Of a stretch of 64,000 nucleotides of DNA, positions 38,772-46,351 are shown piece by piece. The notes beneath the pieces were generated by a model. That model was not told the DNA's origin, searched no databases, and worked only from the letters and a program-made list of their open reading frames with translations. Within the stretch, counting starts at the first letter, position 1. Each line of letters starts with the position of its first letter. Source of the DNA: a virus; the IMG/VR virus record IMGVR_UViG_3300020186_000001, positions 32,001 through 96,000 of that record; one strand, 5' to 3'. The position numbers and the translations under genes were made by a program.

Positions 38772-39383
38772 GTGATGAAATTCGTCAATTACAAGCATAT
38801 TGAAGCGGTGAAACATCGAAGGAGGCTTGTTTGCAAGAGATTGAATATTGGCGATCACAATAGAGGCGTCAGAGTCAACGCTGGTTGAGAGATGTTTCTC
38901 TTCGAACCACTCAGCATACGAGTCATACATCTGCTGCCTGAGATTAGTGTCAGGCGTTACAACAAGGGTTTGAACGCCATGTTTGGCCACCATCATAGCA
39001 CTGGTTAAAGTTTTACCACCACCTGTGCCAATAACGAGCACACCCCTTGAACGTCCCGTCTCAACTGCGGCCACTTGATAATCTCTCGGTGAGAAGGGCA
39101 GATTCAGCTTATAAGCGATTTTGTTCTTTGGGATAGACCTGACATCCACAAACCGATAAGCGAGGCTCTGTTGCTTTAAAAACTTCACCAGGATGGCAAG
39201 GAGTCCGGTCGGAAAGATCCCCTTCTTGTCCATGAGGTAAATGCGACCATCGCAATAGGGGTTTGCCTGTCTTGCGAAGAAGGCACCTGCCATCTCGTAG
39301 GAAAGAACCCTTGAAAGTTTGTTGATTACTTTTTCATCAGCCACTACTTGAGAGTGAGCATTGTCAATCTTGATGTCAATCAC
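37971..39383 (-). CDS. N-terminal half of UvsW/XPB-like DExH helicase + intein N fragment + DUF559/Vsr-like endonuclease
   Basis: PRDYQ, GTGGGKT, IDEFHH/CLAKNT intein start, ITRKHKM block B, KIDVA...IAIEVDGSSH...D..K...L..LGWKIVRI. Confidence 0.9.
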   Translation of the reverse strand: MIDIKIDNAHSQVVADEKVINKLSRVLSYEMAGAFFARQANPYCDGRIYLMDKKGIFPTGLLAILVKFLKQQSLAYRFVDVRSIPKNKIAYKLNLPFSPRDYQVAAVETGRSRGVLVIGTGGGKTLTSAMMVAKHGVQTLVVTPDTNLRQQMYDSYAEWFEEKHLSTSVDSDASIVIANIQSLANKPPSMFHRFNMLVIDEFHHCLAKNTMISAGYGAYRSIEWIYNRVVSGFQTKVKSWNGTEWENRLVTNAFKYKSSDLLKVKIQDEDGKIKELLITRKHKMLTEHGKVEIGSMKVGDEVVLGYSTHAAAMRKRSLNTEYREYLSRRAGDQNRNRSLEVRKRQSKKIKKLIDDGSYNPYGRGKYGNGGRTTPTQDRISKMLPESISELSVALRDKERPHHYKIDVAIPRHMIAIEVDGSSHKGREESDRRKSERLRRLGWKIVRIPENCSKDGLSRLKKFVEILTSTT

Positions 39384-39419
39384 GTTCCCAGCCTGGTTTA
39401 GAGGTTCATATCAGACCAT

Positions 39420-40165
39420 ACCAGGTGAGTACCAAAGAGATCCAGAAGTTTATAGCTTTTAAGTCCTCAGTGAATCATTTAATTTCCATCAATGATGTAA
39501 ATTTAAGCATTTTTTCTTTGTACTATTTTGTAATATCTTGTATGAAGTTCATTATTTAGGCAGTAAAAAAGAGGTCTTTTCTTTAACGATAATCTGGCTT
39601 TATACGATTTGTGTAAAATAGTGCTTGACACATTTTTCGTTATCCCCCCTTAATAATCCCCTAACCTTCTAACGCTTCGATTAACCATAGATAGCTTAAA
39701 CGAACCAAAACACTTCCTGCTTCACTTGAAAACCAATCAAACTCTCTGCCTTAAAAAACTGTTTCATTCTCTTCTCTTTTAGTTTTGTTTGTCTGCTTCA
39801 AAGACAATCAAACTCTCTACCTTAAAAAACTGTTTCATTCTTGTTTCTTTTTATTCTTAAAGTTATCACCTTTTTTTTTACTCTTTTTTGTTTTTTTAAA
39901 AAACAGGTATATACCCTTCTCCAAAGCATCCAATTCCTTTTTACCGTTTTAAGAAAAGAAGAATTCCCTTTCCTCTTAAAGATATTTCTTATTAATCTTA
40001 TAATATCTTATCAAGCTTAAAGTATCATAACAGTTATACAGTATTCTAAGAGAATAAAGATTGAATATTAGAATTGATTTCTAAAGATGTATGATCTTGT
40101 TGTACGATGTAAGAAAATGTAATAAATAAGATCTTAGGAATAGCTCATGATTTGATTTAGTTTAA
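39420..40165. other. AT-rich non-coding divergent region (candidate origin/control region)
   Basis: No ORF of 60 aa or more; T/A tracts; gene orientation diverges here. Confidence 0.5.
39734..39841 (+). repeat. 37-bp direct repeat x2 (one mismatch), 71-bp period
   Basis: CAATCAAACTCTCT(G/A)CCTTAAAAAACTGTTTCATTCT at 39734 and 39805. Confidence 0.9.
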
Positions 40166-40167
40166 CT

Positions 40168-40476
40168 GTGAATGTAATTCAACCTTGGTTGTGGAAGAGA
40201 AGAGTGAATAAGTTTGATTTTAATGAATTAGAACGTCTAATGAAGCTTGCGACATATCACAATCTTTGTAATCCAGTAACAGATTGTGATTTGAATTTAA
40301 TAGAGCACTTAAGAAAATCTCTTCCTGAGCTTGTTTCAGAGATTAAAGCTTCAAGAGATCTTGTTGAGAGGGTTCGCATGGTTGATCTTGACACATGGGA
40401 GCTTGTACACGCTCTGATGGAATACGATCTTGCGGTTGTGAAGCTAGTTCCATTGAAAGGGGAGTTATGGGGATGA
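40168..40476 (+). CDS. Hypothetical protein, similar to 43933-44193
   Basis: NELERLM...LPELVSEIKASR vs NEWERM...IPALIAEIRASR; start uncertain. Confidence 0.6.
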   Translation: MNVIQPWLWKRRVNKFDFNELERLMKLATYHNLCNPVTDCDLNLIEHLRKSLPELVSEIKASRDLVERVRMVDLDTWELVHALMEYDLAVVKLVPLKGELWG

Positions 40477-40670
40477 ACTGGGAACATTTGGATGCAGCTC
40501 CAATTGAAGTATTTCATGGTGAGGCAATGGAGCAATTTCATAAGCTGGCAAAAGAAAAAGGCATCACTGGTTCTACACCGGTTCTTGACGGCATTGATGT
40601 GAATAATATCCTTGCAAACTTTAAAGTAAAAATCATGAAGGCTTATGGGATAAGCAGTGATCCGGTATGA
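40467..40670 (+). CDS. Hypothetical protein
   Basis: GGGGAG RBS; coupled genes. Confidence 0.55.
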   Translation: MGMNWEHLDAAPIEVFHGEAMEQFHKLAKEKGITGSTPVLDGIDVNNILANFKVKIMKAYGISSDPV

Positions 40671-40861
40671 TTTTTGTTTTTGTTTACTTCGCATTGGGCC
40701 TATTGGGCGTGTTCCTAGTTTTTAGTAGAAAAGACTTAGATAGCGTTCTCGAAATCCGCCCAAAGTTGCGCTGCTACGCGATTGTTGCGATTGTTGTTTT
40801 GTTAAGTCCTTTGTTTTTAGTCTATGCAGTGTTGAATGTTTTAGACGATAAATACCTATGA
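40667..40861 (+). CDS. Small two-TM membrane protein
   Basis: 64 aa, two hydrophobic stretches. Confidence 0.6.
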   Translation: MIFVFVYFALGLLGVFLVFSRKDLDSVLEIRPKLRCYAIVAIVVLLSPLFLVYAVLNVLDDKYL

Positions 40862-40892
40862 CAGTGATCCGGTCAAACACGGGGGTTGAACA

Positions 40893-41129
40893 ATGAGAGA
40901 GCTGGCGGCGATACATATTTTGTCTAGTCTCATCAGGACGGATATTGACAGGGCAGTCATGGTTGATGTTGCGGTAGCTGTTACCGACGAATTACTCGCA
41001 CGTCTGGCGGAAACTACGCCAGTTTCTTCGTGTATGCATAAGTATAAGACCCACCGATATTTAGCCAAACCTCCAAGCGGCTATGAAACTTCTGTTAGCG
41101 TATGCACTCTGTGCGGGGTTGAACTATGA
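40893..41129 (+). CDS. Small protein with C-terminal Zn-finger-like motif
   Basis: CMHKY...CTLCG. Confidence 0.55.
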   Translation: MRELAAIHILSSLIRTDIDRAVMVDVAVAVTDELLARLAETTPVSSCMHKYKTHRYLAKPPSGYETSVSVCTLCGVEL

Positions 41130-41278
41130 TCAGGCTACGTTGTGAGTCTTATCCAGATCCGCAGCAATATATCACTGCAAAAACAAATAGATACTGGATA
41201 TACCTATAAAAAGTCTTGTGAGATCTGAAGATAACAGTTATACGCTCTCGTTCAATAACCCTTTTGAAAGGAACATAA

Positions 41279-41599
41279 ATGATTAACAGCGTATTAGTGC
41301 CTCCAACCACAATCAGAGAACTCACCTTGGCGTATTTGACGTACATGCTTCGCAGGTATAGACAAAGGCATCCAGGAAAAATCTCAGTAATCTTAAGCGA
41401 TGTCGCAGGCAGTAGCTGGGATGCACCACTAATGCCCTTCTACAACCTCTACGGTGGACGCGGCAGAGTCGCAGGAGCAGAGATGGGCAAACTGTTCTCC
41501 AAGGCAGCCAAAGAGCTTGGAATGGATTCTCGCAAGGAAGACCGCTTTGGAAAGAAGGACGCAATCACCCGCTACTTCTTCGTTCCAGTGCAAGTATGA
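41279..41599 (+). CDS. Hypothetical protein
   Basis: 106 aa; AAGGA RBS. Confidence 0.65.
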   Translation: MINSVLVPPTTIRELTLAYLTYMLRRYRQRHPGKISVILSDVAGSSWDAPLMPFYNLYGGRGRVAGAEMGKLFSKAAKELGMDSRKEDRFGKKDAITRYFFVPVQV

Positions 41600-41799
41600 A
41601 AATAACAATTGAATTTGATGAAAAGTATGATGCACTTCAAGCCTTACACGCACACGATATGCACTATGCAATGAGCGAAGCTCTGGGATTCATTCGCTCT
41701 AAAACTAAGTATGAAACTCCATCTGAAGAAACAATGGAGTGTCTGGATCGTATTAGAACTCTTTTGTTATCAGGGTTGGAGTGGGATGATAATCGTTGA
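41596..41799 (+). CDS. Hypothetical protein
   Basis: 67 aa; ATGA overlap. Confidence 0.65.
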   Translation: MKITIEFDEKYDALQALHAHDMHYAMSEALGFIRSKTKYETPSEETMECLDRIRTLLLSGLEWDDNR

Positions 41800-42052
41800 A
41801 GGAGGACAAAGCAGGGACCGCTTCAGATACGCCATTTACCGAGTCATACTCGCTCAGGCAGCACACTGGATTCAAGAGCCAGATTATTCAACGGCTCAAA
41901 CCTATGAAAAAGAGTTGCTTGGATATCTGGATCAGCAAGAGATGGAGCGTTTCGGATCCGGTCAATTGGATGAAGACGCAGTTGTCTGCCACTTCAAATT
42001 CAAGAGGTCTGGAAAATCCTCAGAGTTTATGTTTGATTTAAGCGAGATTTGA
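41711..42052 (+). CDS. Hypothetical protein (true start probably MIIVEGG)
   Basis: ORF track; fills operon gap. Confidence 0.5.
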   Translation: MKLHLKKQWSVWIVLELFCYQGWSGMIIVEGGQSRDRFRYAIYRVILAQAAHWIQEPDYSTAQTYEKELLGYLDQQEMERFGSGQLDEDAVVCHFKFKRSGKSSEFMFDLSEI

Positions 42053-42146
42053 TGGGATCAGGTGGACCTACTGTCATGATCTCGGCCCACCCTAGCTGAT
42101 CAGCACTAATCTGATCGGCCAAACAGCCAAAAGCTTTAGTGCGTAG

Positions 42147-42165
42147 AAGTTTCTACGTAGAAATT
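42147..42165. promoter_or_regulatory. Palindrome, copy 2
   Basis: AAGTTTCTACGTAGAAATT, intergenic. Confidence 0.65.
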
Positions 42166-42211
42166 CTGTCTTGATATGCCTTTTAAAACAGTGCTTTGCG
42201 AAGGAGGATGA

Positions 42212-42316
42212 ATGAAAGTTGCCTGGAAAGAAGTTTTTAAAACTAAAGAGATGGGGAGGTTTTTGCTACTCCTGCTGGCGATTCTCTTTGTGAGATTGAT
42301 GGTTGGTGGTAAGTGA
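42212..42316 (+). CDS. 34-aa membrane microprotein
   Basis: AAGGAGG RBS; MKVAWKEVFKTKEMGRFLLLLLAILFVRLMVGGK; GTGA overlap with next gene. Confidence 0.6.
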   Translation: MKVAWKEVFKTKEMGRFLLLLLAILFVRLMVGGK

Positions 42317-42723
42317 TACACTTCTCCCATGACGCTATGACTGCGGTGATTGCAGGGAATATTCCTGAAAAGTTTGGTAGACCAGAACCTGGCACACCTC
42401 TTTGGTCGGTAATTGAATGTATCTCAAAAGAGGTGGTCAATATGCTTAACCAAGTTCAAACGAAACATGAACAAACTCTGCTGACAAAACATCCAGGTCT
42501 TATACCTGCACATCCCATATCAGTGGCGTGTCCCGATAGCCTTCAAGTCGCACTTTATATCGGAAGAGACAAGAATCTGTGGATGAAAGATGATCTAGGA
42601 AATCATAATCTGTTATCACACCGAAGCACACCTGGCGAAGTGGCAGATGAGCTTTTTAAAAAGATAGAGGCAAAGAGTTTCGTCGAACAGAGTTTATTTG
42701 TAGAGGAGCTTAGAAGGCTATGA
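42313..42723 (+). CDS. Hypothetical protein
   Basis: 136 aa. Confidence 0.65.
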   Translation: MIHFSHDAMTAVIAGNIPEKFGRPEPGTPLWSVIECISKEVVNMLNQVQTKHEQTLLTKHPGLIPAHPISVACPDSLQVALYIGRDKNLWMKDDLGNHNLLSHRSTPGEVADELFKKIEAKSFVEQSLFVEELRRL

Positions 42724-43217
42724 AAAAAGCACTTTTGTTGATCCAAGATCATGAGTCAATGATTAATTGTTTGTTCAGAATTGATCGTCTTAAAAAGAGA
42801 ACTGATGAGCAGCTCAAGTTTGTAGAGCGTAGAGCCAAGGGCATTATGATGGATGCTGAAAAGGAGCATTCTGATATCTGGAAAGATATTGAATTTTATC
42901 TAAAAACTAAAAACCTTTTGCCAAAGGGCTATGATCAAAACAAGTGGGTTCTTTCACACGGCTCTGGTGCAATGTATGCCAGTTTAAAAACTAAGTGTAG
43001 AACCTGCGGAGAGTTGCATCCAGAAGAAGAGCATGTGGATGAAGATAAATACACTCCAGAAGCTGCGAGTACAGAGGAAATCGAGATGGTTAAGCGTATC
43101 ATCCTCGAAGGTCGGGTTCCAGAACTCCAAGGTGTCTCACAAGTCGAAGCCATTGAAGTCAAGGGAGAAGTTCTCAAATTGCTCAAGAGTCTCTTTGAAA
43201 AAGAGCTACTGAAATGA
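42720..43217 (+). CDS. Hypothetical protein
   Basis: 165 aa, CRTCGELH motif. Confidence 0.7.
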   Translation: MKKALLLIQDHESMINCLFRIDRLKKRTDEQLKFVERRAKGIMMDAEKEHSDIWKDIEFYLKTKNLLPKGYDQNKWVLSHGSGAMYASLKTKCRTCGELHPEEEHVDEDKYTPEAASTEEIEMVKRIILEGRVPELQGVSQVEAIEVKGEVLKLLKSLFEKELLK

Positions 43218-43456
43218 AGAGCTTCATAGAATCTCTGGATCTCGATAGTTTACCCGTTTTTAGACATGGCTATGAGTGGAGGTGCGAAGTGGAAGTGGAA
43301 GATGAAATTTCTAGGGAGGACAAGCTTGTAAACGCAATGCGAGAGATTGTTTCCAAATGTCAAGATGCGGCTGGAAAAAAGGATTTTGTTTTCTCGAAAG
43401 AACTTATGGAAATTTGCAGGACGGCTCAGGATGTAATTGATGTGGTGTTGAAATGA
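43214..43456 (+). CDS. Hypothetical protein (small-gene array)
   Basis: 80 aa; TGAAATGA junctions. Confidence 0.65.
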   Translation: MKSFIESLDLDSLPVFRHGYEWRCEVEVEDEISREDKLVNAMREIVSKCQDAAGKKDFVFSKELMEICRTAQDVIDVVLK

Positions 43457-43728
43457 AAGTTGATTTGGACGACCTAGAAAAAGCAGAAGCGAGGCAAAAG
43501 TCGGAGGACAATCCTTATCTTCCGCCAGAATATTTTGAGCAACTAAAAAGAGAACTGGCAGGCTGGAAAGAGTACGTCGAGCCTAAAAAGAAAATAGAAA
43601 TGTGGAAGTGGGCGCACAAGGAGCATCATGGTTTGTGGGGCGAAACAACTGTTCACCGCGCGACACCCCCATCAGGGGGGGATGATTTAGTTAGAATCGA
43701 AGGAAGCAGAATCGAGGTTGAAGAATGA
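43453..43728 (+). CDS. Hypothetical protein (small-gene array)
   Basis: 91 aa; coupled. Confidence 0.65.
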   Translation: MKVDLDDLEKAEARQKSEDNPYLPPEYFEQLKRELAGWKEYVEPKKKIEMWKWAHKEHHGLWGETTVHRATPPSGGDDLVRIEGSRIEVEE

Positions 43729-43777
43729 CTTTAAAAGACCGCAAAGACACATCTAACGGTAGGTGGGAGACGGTGAA

Positions 43778-43936
43778 ATGAAAGATGGTAATAGCATTGT
43801 TTTTTACCTCGTGCGCAATCATTGGGGCTTGCTTTTACAAGTTGCGGACAAAGCAAAAATTGCGCTCGCCGTTTCGTCTACCTCAAATATGCTGGCAATT
43901 AAAGAAGCACTAGAGGAATTGGAGGCGGTGAAATGA
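43778..43936 (+). CDS. 52-aa protein (small-gene array)
   Basis: MKDGNSIVFYL...ALEELEAVK; not in ORF track. Confidence 0.65.
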   Translation: MKDGNSIVFYLVRNHWGLLLQVADKAKIALAVSSTSNMLAIKEALEELEAVK

Positions 43937-44193
43937 ATCGAGTGAGTGAAGAGCAATTAAACGAGTGGGAAAGAATGGCGGTGGATACGAGTCGTCCGAT
44001 TCCAAAAATACTTGGGTCTCACTTGATACCTGTTGAGCGTGGAGTTATCCCTGCACTCATAGCCGAGATTCGTGCTTCACGGAAAATAATAACACTCGTA
44101 GTTGACGTGGTTAGAGAAGCATACGAGCGTCATCCGAATGAAAAAAACCCGCTCGGTAACGCACTCAAGGACCTGTCCGAGGCGGTGAAATGA
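43933..44193 (+). CDS. Hypothetical protein (small-gene array)
   Basis: 86 aa ending EAVK. Confidence 0.7.
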   Translation: MNRVSEEQLNEWERMAVDTSRPIPKILGSHLIPVERGVIPALIAEIRASRKIITLVVDVVREAYERHPNEKNPLGNALKDLSEAVK

Positions 44194-44396
44194 CTACAAT
44201 ACAATTTGTTGACAAGGACTGTATTCTACTGGGCGAAGTGCAATCATCGCCTCAAACAAATAAGGCGCTTATGGGAATCTTGGCGCACATGGTGCGAAAT
44301 CTCGACGCGGCCACCGCGCTGGCGTATGCGCTTCGGTCTTGTGAGGGAATAGAAATTAGAACGGCACTAGATAAATACAATGAGGCAGTGAAATGA
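44190..44396 (+). CDS. Hypothetical protein, tandem paralog A
   Basis: HMVRNLDA...RSCE..E...ALDKYNEA. Confidence 0.75.
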   Translation: MTTIQFVDKDCILLGEVQSSPQTNKALMGILAHMVRNLDAATALAYALRSCEGIEIRTALDKYNEAVK

Positions 44397-44614
44397 CTAA
44401 AATAAGATTTATTAACAATAATCAGGCCCCACTTGGTGAAATACATGCCTCACAAAAAACCCATAAAGACCTTGTAGAAATATTGCAACACATGGTGCGA
44501 AAGCTGGACGCGTCCAAGGAGCTGGCACACGCGGCTCGGTCGTGTGAAGATATAGAAGTTAAGGTTGCACTAGATAAATACAATGAGGCGGAATGTTATC
44601 TGACCGTGAAATGA
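44393..44614 (+). CDS. Hypothetical protein, tandem paralog B
   Basis: HMVRKLDA...RSCE..E...ALDKYNEA. Confidence 0.75.
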   Translation: MTKIRFINNNQAPLGEIHASQKTHKDLVEILQHMVRKLDASKELAHAARSCEDIEVKVALDKYNEAECYLTVK

Positions 44615-44707
44615 AAGAGAGGAGCCACTATTACTAGTGACTCCCTAGAAGGGCTTGCAAGATCTATTCGGCCAGAATCTCAAAAACATAAGAAGGGAGT
44701 CTTTGAT

Positions 44708-45226
44708 ATGAGCTTAAAGGAAGAGCTTTTGTGTTTTGAAGCAAAGCGTTGGCAGGGCTTTACTGAAACTGGCGGAGACAACAGGGGACAGGTTGTCGAG
44801 ATGTTCCAGAAGGCTGTTGGATCGGCTTCTGGCGAGTCATGGTGTGTCTCATTCATTCAATACTGCGTCAAGATGGTCGATGCACTGGCAGCACAGTGCC
44901 GGTTGACCTCGCCGGTAATTAAAAACTCGTTGGTATCGACTGAATCGGTTCTTGCACTATGGAGCGGCTCACCTCACGCTGGGGTGGCTCCAGCTCCAGG
45001 CACGATAGTTCTATGGGAGCACTACAAAGATGGCAAGAGAACGGGATTAGGGCACGCTGGCATTGTCTTATCGTTGGCTGGTGGTCGTATGACTACAATT
45101 GAGGGAAATACATCACCATCGAATGCTGTAGTTGAAAGAAACGGTGATGGAGTTTATGTTAAGGATCGTCCAATTGGGGATGTTGGGAATATGAAACTTT
45201 TAGGGTTTATAAAAGCTTGGAGCTAA
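44708..45226 (+). CDS. CHAP-domain peptidoglycan hydrolase (putative endolysin)
   Basis: ESWCVSFI, GHAGIV, TIEGNT. Confidence 0.85.
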   Translation: MSLKEELLCFEAKRWQGFTETGGDNRGQVVEMFQKAVGSASGESWCVSFIQYCVKMVDALAAQCRLTSPVIKNSLVSTESVLALWSGSPHAGVAPAPGTIVLWEHYKDGKRTGLGHAGIVLSLAGGRMTTIEGNTSPSNAVVERNGDGVYVKDRPIGDVGNMKLLGFIKAWS

Positions 45227-45227
45227 A

Positions 45228-45464
45228 ATGGTCCGTATAATTGTAATAATCGCGTTGTTTTCATCGTGTGCTCATAAGAAAGAAGTATGCGAACCGTGTC
45301 CGGTTTGTATTGAGACTACAACATTAGATCAAGATCCAAATCCCACCTACATTGTCACAGTTGACAAGGATGAAGCCTGCAAAGAGTCTGTTTCTTATCA
45401 GGCCAAATCCACAGAGCTTGGCGAGTGTCAAGCGAAGCTTCATAAGAAACGCAAGAAGAAATAA
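45228..45464 (+). CDS. Small lipoprotein
   Basis: MVRIIVIIALFSSC lipobox. Confidence 0.65.
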   Translation: MVRIIVIIALFSSCAHKKEVCEPCPVCIETTTLDQDPNPTYIVTVDKDEACKESVSYQAKSTELGECQAKLHKKRKKK

Positions 45465-45466
45465 TT

Positions 45467-45500
45467 TGTCAGCACTTTCCGTTCCCGTCCTTATAACAAG
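45467..45500 (+). promoter_or_regulatory. Second promoter-like motif, copy 1
   Basis: TGTCAGCACTTT-N9-TCCTTATAACAAG. Confidence 0.7.
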
Positions 45501-45503
45501 AAT

Positions 45504-46100
45504 ATGTGGATACAAATAATCGGCCCGGCTGGTTCGGGCAAAGGCATGATAACGGATATTCTCAAGGGCGAGGGCTATGAAGACCTGACGACTCCTCTTG
45601 TGGATAATAGCGACATATTCATACAGGAGTTGACGATCTCACAGGATCGTTTAAAATCGCAGCTTCTTGCGGCTGAGGTTATGAGCAGGAAAGATGTCTT
45701 CACTGTCAGATCTTTCTGGGACTCCCACGAGGTGATGATACCTGTTGCGAGATCCTTCGAGCAGATTAACGATTTTGAGATGGAGGTCTTCTCTAGGATC
45801 TATAGGACTTTTAAAGGGACAAGGTTTTTAATACCACCAAATGCTGTGATTTATATGAAGATGCCACTGATGTCTGCATACAACAGGATGCTTCTTCGCA
45901 ATGTGGATATAAACCAGGATCAATACAATGCTCAGGTTGCTGCTTATGATGAGTATGCAAAGAGGATTTGCATTCCAGTTTTAGAGATTGATGGATCGGC
46001 AGTGCCAGAGAAGATCAAGCGTGAGCTTGATTTTAATATCGCGTCGGTTAAGTCTACACACTCTTCAGGGAACATCTGGCAAAAGGAGTATATGAGATGA
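45504..46100 (+). CDS. Deoxynucleoside/thymidylate kinase-like P-loop protein
   Basis: IIGPAGSGKG, VRSFWD, PNAVIYM...RMLLRN. Confidence 0.75.
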   Translation: MWIQIIGPAGSGKGMITDILKGEGYEDLTTPLVDNSDIFIQELTISQDRLKSQLLAAEVMSRKDVFTVRSFWDSHEVMIPVARSFEQINDFEMEVFSRIYRTFKGTRFLIPPNAVIYMKMPLMSAYNRMLLRNVDINQDQYNAQVAAYDEYAKRICIPVLEIDGSAVPEKIKRELDFNIASVKSTHSSGNIWQKEYMR

Positions 46101-46351
46101 GCGAACTCGGATTTGATTGGAATACGAAAAAGATTAAGAGTGTAAAGCTTGTAAACGGTCAGCAGACTGTTGTTGAACTTAGTCCAAAAGAGATCATAAA
46201 TGATCCAAATCGGCATCGCGTAGAGTCCATTATTCACGCTCTTTGTATTTCCATAAATCAGTTGATCGAGGCTCAAGAACTTCAAGCTGCAAGAATCCAG
46301 TCAATGCTATCTCAAAGAGAGTCTCCAAAAGAGAGCCAAGTTGAGCAATGA
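46097..46351 (+). CDS. Hypothetical protein
   Basis: 84 aa; coupled on both sides. Confidence 0.65.
   Translation: MSELGFDWNTKKIKSVKLVNGQQTVVELSPKEIINDPNRHRVESIIHALCISINQLIEAQELQAARIQSMLSQRESPKESQVEQ

Noticed and set aside
39625-39657. Sigma70 promoter from a perfect TTGACA
   Set aside because: The nearest -10-like hexamer is 20-21 nt away, too far.
39734-39841. Mini-CRISPR array (37-bp repeat, 34-bp spacer)
   Set aside because: Only two copies, no dyad symmetry, no cas genes, and CTGCTTCA recurs upstream of both copies, which points to a tandem duplication.
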